DNA from: Trichoplax adhaerens
Lineage: Eukaryota > Animalia > Placozoa
DNA: 64,000 bases
Assembly (NCBI RefSeq): GCF_000150275.1
Contig: NW_002060947.1
Coordinates: 3,896,335 to 3,960,334, forward strand
Direction: 5' to 3'
Part shown: positions 1 to 10,785 of the stretch, piece by piece
Position numbering within the stretch: the first letter of the stretch is position 1
Layout: the number at the start of each line of letters is the position of its first letter
Made by a program: the position numbers and the translations under genes
Notes under the pieces: model-generated
The model's database searches: none
What the model saw: the letters and a program-made list of their open reading frames with translations, nothing else
Told to the model about the DNA's origin: nothing

Positions 1-887
1 TTTGGACCAAATGTGACCGTAATATCGAAAAAGTATTAGTTAGTATGGATCTTTCGTGTCTGAATCACTGGCATTAATTTAAATAACATCGACGATCTTA
101 TAGAAATATTTTTCTTTTAACATTGAATGTGATATGACTTAATTTAAAAAAATCTGTCAATTTAAAATCGATCGTCTCCATACTAAAGCACTGTCACAAT
201 CAGGTGTTTGGCGCAATGTTTTAACGAGATGAGGCCAAGAGTGTCTGTCCGTCCAAGAGTGATCAGTCCAGCCCAGGTCTTCTTCTTCAGGTAGTGCATG
301 CCTACCAGTCAGAGGCTACTCCACAAAAAAGTGAGTGTAAAAATGAAAAACTAGAGTCCCTTGTCGATACTGAAACGGAAAGCTACAGCACAGTATACGT
401 AAATATCCTTGCAGAGATGATTAGCACAGCCGAACCTTTCTCAGGTCTATTCCAGACCAATGCAATGGACAGTAAAGCCGTAGAGCAGCACCCTTAGCAA
501 AATCATGGAAGTCATTTTCCATTACCTCTATGGCAAAAAAACAATACCACCATTTCGTTCTCCGTGCTTAAGCTATTATTCAGTCCGAAGTTTAGTAAGT
601 CTATTAGAATCCAGCAGTCGTTCCGCACCAATTGCTAGTAGTGATACATCATTTTCCTTGTCAGTCAGGCATAGTCTCATACAGTTCATCGATAAACAGC
701 TATTACACTCAGTTACAATCAGTGCCTTCCAAACCAGTAGCAGGACCCGTTGAATATCCTGCTCGTCTGATGTTCTACAGTATATCCAGGATTGAGCCCA
801 GCTGCAAGCCGGTATAACCGGTACCGGTACTGCAGCTGAGAATACACAATCGCTATGCAGTTGCTTGATACCCGACCATCTCATTTT

Positions 888-3800
888 ATGGATCCTAATT
901 TTATAATACGTTTTTTATCAATTACACCTAATATTAATACAGTAGATATAGTTTTAAAAATAGCTTCAATCCCCAATAGAGATATTAAATGTAGTTTCAA
1001 GATTGTAATTAATAAAGCGAGCATTTGCATACAAAATAAATATTCCAATCATATTCAAAATTTATTCCCTCAACTGACGTCATTTCAATATCAACCCGAT
1101 CAATTACTCCAGCTTAATGTTGGGAAAGATGGCGAAATCCACATTAAACTCAAAGTTAATAAACTTTATCAAATTTCAAGTAATGACCAAATTTTACTAG
1201 ATCCTATTCCAGATCGCTACGATGATCAAGAGCCCTTGATCAGTGGTTTATTTTGCAAGAACTGTATGAACAATATCATACCTGATGATAGGTGATGTTA
1301 TAAAAAGAAGAAGCCTAAAAAATGTTACCAGTGCACTATGTTGAGTAGTTTATAACTAGTCTATGTTACATTTCACTCGTCATATGCCGTAATGCACTTT
1401 CAATCATACAAGAAATATTAGCCTTAAGTAAGCTACTGTAGAGTCGAAGTTAACTGATTTTAAATGTCAAATTCTTTGGAGCTTTTTTACTTAGCATACT
1501 GTACGCGTATCGCTATACCAACGAGAGAACGGCTAATTCTGATTAGTCTTGCACATTATACACGTCCAGTATCTGCTGCATACACTGTGAAATTGTCTAC
1601 TTGCTGATTTATAATGATAGTCTCGGAATGTTTGCGATTCGTAGGCCCATCGCTAAAATCTTACCTCTACCATCAGAAAATTGGAGCGAGATGACAGCAA
1701 TGTGGTATTGCCATCCCAGTGATACTTCAACTCCAGCCAAATTGGTGACCAATAACCGCAACACTTGTTTAAAAAACGAAACCAGCATTTATTTAAGTGA
1801 ATGCAATATAGCTCCTACTGCCGTTAAGCATCTGAATGATGAAAGCAAAGTTGTACGTAAATCTAGAAATGTAACTGCATGTAACAAACCAAAAACAGTA
1901 GTAGAAATAACAGTGGCGAATTATTGCATTATAATAGTATTTGCGCAACCATTAGCTTTTGAACAAAAGTTTTGTATATTTGTGTATACGCGTAGATACA
2001 CAGACGTACATGTATTGGCTGACCTGATCTAATATGCTGTACATATAACATGTGTAGATAGAGCAGAAATGATTAGAGTACATGACAGTTTATGAAACAG
2101 ACAATCACGACATTAAATCATAAAATCAACTGTTATTGCAAATGATCAAGTCCATGATTTTAATGGGCAATGACTCAATGCTTAGATGTTACAATTGATT
2201 AGATTACATCTCTACTAGTCATAGATGTTAAGTATATTCTCTAGCACCAGATTACAATATAACTGCTACCTAAAATAGGACAAGAATAACGATTGTCTAC
2301 AGTCATTGCATTATAAATCCAAGATTAACTTTATTATCTTTTATATAAAGCTACCTTTAATAGAAGTCCTTCAATTTTTAGCTCTCTTGTAGCAGATGCT
2401 TGACAATGATTGGTTGGCAAGGAATTACCCGATTATTCGGTATATACTGTATATCAACTGTAAATCATATTAAGTGTTGTTACTATTATTGCAAGTAAAT
2501 TAGTGAGGGTTTAACCATCTTGAAAAGTGTCATATCCATAATAATGGTTTCATAAAAATGTTTAGATTTGTATGTTCTAATTGCAGATGAAACATTTCTG
2601 AAATTATCCAAGGACATTTTAGTAGTAGAAAGGTGAGGAGAGTAGTAAGATACGTCGAATACTTTCGGATTTTTATCGTCAAATAGTTTTTACTTAGTCC
2701 ATGCACTCAAATATACAATGCGTTAAAATAGGATAATTTGATGATGTTCCTAATATTATAGCTTTCTATTTACTAATACTCGCATTTACCTCTGTAAATT
2801 TCAGAGCTAGCCATTTTCTATGGTATAAGCAAGTATTTCCATGGTTTAGTATTCACCTGCTTTTATAATACGACTAAGTTACAACCAAACAATTCGACAG
2901 CATCACACACCTTGTTGTAGTCTTTCTCAATTTTTACTACTATACATAATGTTTCTCACTTATGTATTTATAATTGTAACATTGTAACAATGTTTCACAT
3001 GTATTAGAAAGATTATACAAGTACGGGATGGTAATATCCGGCTTAATATTTTTTCTAATAACCCGTCCTAAATTAGGAGAGTACAAACTTATTTCGCTAC
3101 GTTGTTATACAAGCTTTGCAAAGAAAATAACCACTTTCGATTTATCATAAACAAATGTAATGGATGTTCTGATACTAAGTTAATGGTAAGACTAAAGTTC
3201 TTGACAACTTTTTGCGTGCAGTAGTTCAATATGTGTATTTATTGTTATGGAGAATTAATTTTAATGCTTTGCAATAATTTATACTTGCAATATGAGGCAA
3301 TTCGCTATTGTTTTTATTTAATATAGATTTGGCTTTTTAATACGGATCTTCAAATAGCCACTAATTGCAGAAATCAATTACATAACAATTTTTCTGAAAC
3401 ACGCCTCGATCATAATGGTAGTTGACATTTGAATATTAGATGGATTTATTAGCATCTGCAATTTGGCATGTGTCCTTTCAATCTCATCATTTTCAATGCA
3501 TTTATTACAGCAGATTTATTTCTCTTTCCTGTAATAAAACTTTTATACATCGATTTATATGCAGCAAGTCAACCTAGGTAATTTAGACCTTGTTGAAGTT
3601 AATTATTAGTACATGTATTATCAAACTGATGTCTATTAATCTCATTTTCTGTGCACGTATATACAGGTATGTACAACTAAACTTTATTAACTGAAAAATT
3701 TGTAGTTCTAGAAATCTTTTCCACCAATGGTACAAAGACCCTACTGTATATACACTAGAGGCTTCCAATCATGCTTATTCCACTCTGTTACTCGCTCTTG

Positions 3801-3988
3801 CATTTAATAATATGATGTGGCCAACATCTATGCGGTATTTTAATACTTTTAAAGTAAGGAAAGTTTCTTTGCTAAGTTTTCGGTATAACTTGTTATTCGA
3901 TTTTACACAAACGTTAACTTTTAATCATAAATATTGAACTATTTTATATCATACGTCCTTGGTTTAGGTATCGCATCTAAGTCTATGA
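888..3988 (+). CDS. UBE3D: E3 ubiquitin-protein ligase E3D-like (HECT_2 family), spliced, ~382-388 aa
   Basis: Phase-consistent GT-AG exons 888-1291, 1645-1852, 2382-2439, 2587-2632, (2805-2822 microexon?), 3077-3185, 3327-3417, 3511/3514-3577, 3706-3853, 3968-3988. Motifs LFCKNC, KILPLPSENWSEMTAMWYCH, SCSRC, FRFII..IWLFNTD, PVIKLLY and WPTSMRYFNTFK|VSHLSL* match the UBE3D pattern as I recall it (LPLPSENW..W.CH; VKVLY; FQVAFLKM). An in-frame upstream ATG at 855 is an alternative start. Confidence 0.85.
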
Positions 3989-4648
3989 GTACCAATACTG
4001 AAATCAAGATCCATTTACTTGAATGCTTGTCTGATGTTGATGCAATCTTTACTTTAATTATATTTATTTTTCACTGTAGAGTAATTAAAAAATTCGCAAT
4101 GAATAGTCTACTATAAGGCTTCACGTATGAAACCTGCTTAAAGACTTTCAATAAGTGAGTTTAATTAATGTGTGATATCTAAAATAACAACCAATATCTA
4201 ATTCTTTCTAAAGGTTGATTAAAAAAACGGATAATTTTTAATAAACTTATAACTGTTTATGGAAAGGATTTCTCTAATTGTTAATAATAATATTTACACA
4301 TATATTTAAAATCGTTGCAGATAGCTTATACATAGAGGTGCTACAGATTACATGCTATGTGTGTCATCAATGATACGTATCATACACCATCTGAGCTCAG
4401 AATCACCTTCGGTAGATGCACTATATATTGTTTTTATATGGTAGCAATTTAGGAATTATGAATCATTACAGTGTTTTTCTCAAATTTATAATTCACTATA
4501 ATATTTAGTATAAACTTATGGCCGAAATTGATTAATACAATAATCTTAAGTTAAGATAAAAATGTTCAGAAATTGACGTGTTTTAACCGGAATTTTTGTA
4601 TAATTTTCTGAAATCAAACTTTCAAGTAGTGATACATCAAGTATAAGC

Positions 4649-6713
4649 CTAACTTAAGGCTTTCCGAGCCATACTCTTCTTTTCTGGCGTTAAATGCTTC
4701 GGAAAGATTATATCAAAGGCAATAATTAAATTTCCTTTCTTGTTCGATTCATTAGAAATAGGCATACCTTCACCAGGAACGGTTTTAGTAAATCCCGGTC
4801 TAAAATATAACATTGAAACAAATTAATTTTATATTTGACAATTTATTTAAAGTCGATGGATGCCATGTAAAGGTTAACTCCGTATTATGAATGAAACTTA
4901 CTTAACAATTTCATTTATGGGAATGCTAAGAATGCGATTATCAAGAGTCTGAATTTCGATTAAACATCCTGCTAGAGCCTATTATATGATTAGGTAAAGA
5001 AGTATTAATACATTATATAATTTTTATTCGTTCGTTTACGGAAGCAACTAGAACAAGCTTACGTCTGCTAGAGAAATTTTCGCTTTGTAGCAAAGATCAA
5101 CTTCACTTCGAGTGAATCTATCATGTTCTCTATCTTTGACAATAAATACGATATCGGCTAACAGAAAAAACGGGGAAACAGTTAGGCAATTACAGAGCAA
5201 AATTAGCCTACACACAAAAATGATTTCTATGAGCAACTCACCAGCAATATTGTTGGGACCTTCGTCTCCCTTTTGTGGAAAAGTAATACGAGTGCCAGGT
5301 TTCCAACCTTTTTTCACAGGAATCGTAAGGATTTTTTCTCTTATACTAGTAGTATGGCCATCATCATTTAAAACCTAATAGTAATAACGCCGATTTTAAG
5401 TTATAATCAACAATAACAGCAATAGTGATTACTCCCATAAGGACTGATTTACTCTTCAGATTTTCTTACCCTTCTAGAAACTTTCATTTTCTTAATACAA
5501 CCAGTATAAAGTTCTTCTAATGATAGTAATAATTCTTTTTCTACTGGAGAATCTTGCTTCTTTCGTCCCCTTCCACGAATTCCACCGAAACCCATATCCG
5601 CATCAGATTCAGGTTGAAAATAATCTATAGGTAAGTGTACGTATATTTTTTATAATCATTTAGTACAAATTTCTAATTTGCTAGTAATTGATGTTTGATG
5701 CTCAAAAATCGCACCAGCATAAGGATTATTTCCACCAAAAAATTCCCGAAAGACTCTTTCAGCATCTCCGTGGAAAACATAACCTTCAGTAAATGTTTGA
5801 CCTAATGTAGTGAAGATGAAGGCTTAATAATGCAATAATAAATCGAAAGGATTTTTATACACTAAAATATGCCCATATAAATGAAAATCTATGACTAAGA
5901 CATTTGATGATAGAATTGCTAAGTTAGTAATACCTTCTGCTTCAGACATAGGAACGCCAGCTTTGAGCCCTTCTTCTCCATACTGATCATATATCGCTCT
6001 TCTTATCCCTGTAAAGTAGAGGTTGATATTTTGTTATTCGATTTGACTACAATAGGGCCATTAGTAGTGCTCACTTTCTATACTATCAGTCTACAGTCTA
6101 CACGATTGTGCTATATTAAATGTATTTTGGGGGTCGATATAATATTCCAATATAAATGCATCATATTTTCACTGACCATTGCTTAACACATCGTAAGCTT
6201 CAGAAACCTCTTTAAATTTATCTACAGCATCTATGGCTGTATTTCTATCTGGATGATATTTTAATGCAAACTTGCGATACCTATATACGAATAGAAATAA
6301 AATGGCAACAAGTATTAGGCTACATATGATGCTGCTTCTATTTAAAAAATCATGTCTTTGCTATCTATATTGATGCTTTACTAGACATCGCCTATTGTAC
6401 ATTCTAATTTTTAACATTTCAGCTCGTAAGAAGATAGTTTATAAACTGATTCAATTACCAAACACTCTGATTGAATATGATGCATAACTGAGTATATCAT
6501 TATTTAACACGTAATTTTCAGTTTGGATGATTGTATCTTATTACTAATAGAATATGGGTCAACTTTTTCCTGCTATCATGACTAACAATCTGAAATTATA
6601 GTATATCCATGTATGTACAATAAATGGATGCAAATAGGAACTTACGCTTTTTTGATATCTTGGCTTTTTACATTTTGAGTTATTTGCAATATCTTGTAAT
6701 AATCTTTTCCCAT
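4649..6713 (-). CDS. DNAJB13: DnaJ homolog subfamily B member 13 (radial spoke HSP40/RSPH16), 9 coding exons, 314 aa
   Basis: Exons 6713-6646, 6280-6177, 6008-5934, 5801-5715, 5624-5470, 5374-5242, 5157-5063, 4978-4902, 4799-4649 (945 nt). J-domain [22 protein letters not shown]; DNAJB13-type linker [22 protein letters not shown] and [26 protein letters not shown]; C-terminal [19 protein letters not shown] and GEGMP. Confidence 0.92.
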
Positions 6714-6964
6714 CTTTGCGCGACTCACCACAGTTTACAACTGAACAAGCAAAATTAGCAAAAAATTAAGGGTGCAGTAACTTTCAAGGATGTTATTGAT
6801 ATGCGATAATGATTCTAACTTCTATGAGCGTATATAGCAATGGTCAAAGCAGTATTGCTGTACAGTACTGTACTGTATATACAGGTATCTTAACATTGAC
6901 TATTATGCCATCGATAGAAAACCTTGCAGTCTTTACTACTGTTGGAAATGAAACACATTGGCCT

Positions 6965-7009
6965 GTTTCATGGTTAACAATCACTATAGCAACCGTTGCT
7001 ATGTAAACA
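6965..7009. promoter_or_regulatory. Cluster of RFX X-box-like elements with an overlapping forkhead (FOXJ1-type) site upstream of DNAJB13
   Basis: GTTTCATGGTTAAC (6965-6978), ATCACTATAGCAAC (6980-6993; reverse complement GTTGCTATAGTGAT), GTTGCTATGTAAAC (6995-7008) and GTAAACA (7003-7009), about 250-300 bp 5' of the ATG of a motile-cilium gene. Confidence 0.6.
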
Positions 7010-7037
7010 AGATTTTTAGTGATTGGGGGTATCAGAC

Positions 7038-7266
7038 CAGTACTACAGTACTAATCGTGGACTGCATGTACAGTACAGTACTGTACTGTAATTCATAGCT
7101 ACAGTATACAGTACTGTACTGTACAGTACTCTACTGTACTGTATACGCAATCAGGCGTTTCCGTTTATGGTACTGTATGTGCATACTATGGCTGGTAAAA
7201 TTTTTAGCACCATGAATTATGACATACAGTACTGTACTGTACTGTACAGTGTACTGTACTGTACAG
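7038..7266. repeat. (ACTGT)n / TACAGTA-type simple repeat tracts flanking the tandem array
   Basis: Runs such as gtactgtactgtacagtactctactgtactgta and agtactgtactgtactgtacagtgtactgtactgtacag, interrupted by non-repetitive sequence. Confidence 0.75.
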
Positions 7267-8293
7267 TATGAGTAAGAAGCACAAGCAGAGTCCCGTCCAG
7301 TACTGTACACTGTACACTGTACAGTGCTCGAGCGAGGTGCCTTATTACTGTACTGTAGATGCTTATACAGTACTGTAAATTGACTGAACAAGAACAGCAA
7401 TGTTTGAAATAGTGGAAGACGATATTGCAATAGGACAAGTGTCTGGTCGTCCGATGTCCATGTGCATTGCGCTTTACTGTACACTATGAGTAAGAAGCAC
7501 AAGCAGAGTCCAGTCCAGTACTGTACACTGTACACTGTACACTGTACTGTACAGTGCTCGAGCGAGGTGCCTTTTTAGATGCTTATACAGTACTATACTG
7601 TAAATTGACTGAACAAGAACAGCAATGTTTGAAATAGTGGAAGACGATATTGCAATAGGACAAGTGTCTGGTCGTCCGATGTCCATGTGCATTGCGCTTT
7701 ACTGTAATGTACATTGTACAGTACACACAGTACAGTATGAGTAAGAAGCACAAGCAGAGTCCAGTCCAGTACTGTACACTGTACACTGTACAGTGCTCGA
7801 GCGAGGTGCCTTATAGATGCTTATACAGTACTATACATTGACTGAACAAGAACAGAAATGTTTGAAATAGTGGAAGACGATATTGCAATAGGACAAGTGT
7901 CTGGTCGTCCGATGTCCATGTGCGCTTTACTGTACACTGTACCGTACAGTACAGTACTGTACTGTACTGTACTGTATGAGTAAGAAGCACAAGCAGAGTC
8001 CAGTCCAGTACTGTACACTGTACACTGTACAGTGCTCGAGCGAGGTGCCTTAGATGCTTATACAGTACTATACAGTACATTGACTGAACAAGAACAGAAA
8101 TGTTTGAAATAGTGGAAGACGATATTGCAATAGGACAAGTGTCTGGTCGTCCGATGTCCATGTGCATTGCGCTTTACTGTACTGTACAGTATGAGTAAGA
8201 AGCACAAGCAGAGTCCAGTCCAGTACTGTACACTGTACACTGTACAGTGCTCGAGCGAGGTGCCTTAGACGCTTATAACAGTACAGTACAGTA
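7267..8293. repeat. Tandem array, ~4.5 copies of a 215-251 bp unit with embedded variable (ACTGT/ACTGTAC) microsatellites
   Basis: Anchor TATGAGTAAGAAGCACAAGCAGAGTCC at 7267, 7485, 7736, 7975, 8190. Near-identical blocks GTGCTCGAGCGAGGTGCC and ATGTTTGAAATAGTGGAAGACGATATTGCAATAGGACAAGTGTCTGGTCGTCCGATGTCCATGTGC recur in the full units. Confidence 0.95.
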
Positions 8294-8319
8294 GACATTT
8301 GCCTGATGTTGGTCACGTG

Positions 8320-8481
8320 AAAATCAACCATTACAGTACATACTGTACAGTACATTACGTTACTACAGTCCCGTATCAAAGAAACAGTGAGTTTCAAATT
8401 TTACTACAAAATCAACCATTACAGTACAGTACGTTACTACAGTCCTGTATCAAAGAAGCAGTGAGTTTCCAATTTTACCAC
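8320..8481. repeat. Two-copy direct duplication (~75-88 bp)
   Basis: AAAATCAACCATTACAGTACA...GTTACTACAGTCC(C/T)GTATCAAAGAA(A/G)CAGTGAGTTTC at ~8320 and ~8408. Confidence 0.85.
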
Positions 8482-10785
8482 TGTACTGTAGTTGTATGAG
8501 AAGCCGCGGGCGAAAATATAATCGAACTTTCTCCACTGGAGACAAATTGCGATCCACTGACTGAATCACTGAATGCAGTACATCGATCAGCTTTTCCTGG
8601 TTGGAGCTTGGTATTTTCTCTTCAATAGGCTAATTTCCCACCAATAGTCATATCGATAAGATCATTACCTAGGTAATGTATGTATATATAGAGAGAGGAA
8701 ATGAATAGGTCTAGGATATAATGTTAATATTGTTTTCTTGCTTTCCGTTTTCAAGAACATAACTTTCACAATTGCGCCAATGTCTGATAATGATCATTAT
8801 CATTAAGCGTAGACGCGCAATAAACTATCGAAAGCACTGTAAATCAGCGGATATCCAAAGTGTACTACATATATTCGGAATAGATCAATTTAGCTCAATA
8901 TTTTTACACTACGGGATAACATGTTCATGAGTAACTTATCCATTGTAGGATACGAGTAGATAAAGAGAAAGATGTAGCCAATAGGTTGGTCGATGGCAAT
9001 AAGTACCGAACGATAATCAATAATCAATTCATGAGTATGTATGGGTAAGCATATTAAATCGCAAATACACGAGTTCGAGAAGGCGAACCAAAGTCAACAC
9101 AGCAGTACAGTCTATTAAGCACTTTGTGGTCATTTTCGAACTTTATAAGTACATATTTGTAGATAAACATGTAGTTGATTACAATCAATAGGAGAAGATA
9201 ATCAGTAGCTACCGATAGAATACGTTGCGCCATCCCCAATGATGCTCTATATGGAAAAGACTGACCATTATGATAATCGTTTCATACAACAACCATTGCT
9301 AACGACATGCATGGATGCATGATAATGTAGTACTCTACTACATGTAGCAACTATTGGACTGTAGATTTAAAAAGATTGTTTACAATGGTTAATGGATAGG
9401 GAGCAGCAGCGACAGCATGATAACGCGATTGTATAAGTAGAGTATCATCGCCATCCTAAATCCGAAATAGAAGTACGTACTAATGATGAATACGGTAATC
9501 TTTATCCGCCATAATCACTTAATATAGTCATTCCTAAGTATAGTAAAACACATGAAGTGAATGATCAAGCTTTACTCATCCGCGGTGCTGCAGTAATAAC
9601 TGTCATTCGATTGGATTGGATAGGGCACGATTACTATACGATTATGCATCGGCAAGTAGAGTATCCTGGAGACATTGCTAACTACATTATTATTACGTCG
9701 TACACAACCGCCTGTTCTCCTACATTCCATTTTATACAGTACACACCAGACAGCCATTATGAATTCCCCTCATTCAATTTCTAGAAGACAATAATGTGTA
9801 ACCGATGTCATTCGTGAAACCCCTCCTTCCGTAATATCGAATTGGACTACAGTATAGGGCAAAGTTGAGAACCAACTTTCGACAAGACTAATCGCCATGA
9901 CTTGCAAATATGGCTTTACAGTACTAGTGTCATACCGTCAGCTAGAATCCGCCGCGCTAAGGTTCATATATTTTTTTTTTTTCATTCATACACGTAACTC
10001 CATAATGATATTGTGATAGAGCGATCATCTTCGTAATGCCTAGTAGCAAGCTTTACGCGTAGAATCATGATTTTGATACATTGAAAGGAAGCCAGAACGA
10101 TCATTAAACATTGCTACTTTGTGCAACTGATGGTCATTTCGTGTCGATAGTACCAACTATTAATGATGCAATGTGAGATCATGTCAAGTACCGTACTTGA
10201 AAAATTTTTAAGCTTAAATCATGATAGACTCACTGCGTAATATTGCTGTTATATACAGTACAAGTTTCAATTTGAAATGGTACGATATGCCAAGTTCGTT
10301 GTTAGCAAAAGAAAACCCGTAGCAGAGTATAGCTGGAATGTTGCAAAATAGGAGAGCATGCAATAAACAGGTTGTAGGTTAATCAAACGATTATAGTAAC
10401 AATAAAGTGCTGATTAATCTCTTTTTTTCTTGCGCTTTAAATACTACCCGCTATCCATCATATTGCAGATTATATATACGCGTAATTATGTATCATAGCA
10501 AAGCTTAGCGTTACGTACTCAAACTTACAGTATACGCCTATACAATTTCGCATACTAATAAGTACTAACTAGTACGTTTATGCTTAAATAAATGCAGTAC
10601 ATGCCACTTCAATTCTTAATAATGGTATAGTAATAGAATTACCGTTAAACATAACATTTCATATACCTATTTTCTCTTTGCTAATAAAGCCATACTTTTT
10701 ACTTTTATGTCTTAAAGTTGATGCTCTATCGATATAATACTTGAATAAATACTTCATCGCCAAGAAAGGTAATCACAACCGAGAT

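Noticed and set aside
3610-3666. Alternative UBE3D exon ending at ATACAG/GTATGT
   Set aside because: It would need 32- and 39-nt introns; exon 3514-3577 (PVIKLLY) fits both phase and homology better.
7267-8293. CRISPR array or self-cleaving ribozyme array
   Set aside because: The spacers are simple repeats and there are no cas genes in this eukaryotic context. I found no hammerhead CUGAUGA..GAAA core, and the CCTCGCT on the minus strand lacks HDV-type P1/P3 pairing by eye.
7131-8499. Multiple overlapping ORFs (Y/S/T/V/Q/C-rich) in the ORF track
   Set aside because: They are translations of the ACTGT microsatellite and tandem array in several frames, with no splice structure or family motif.
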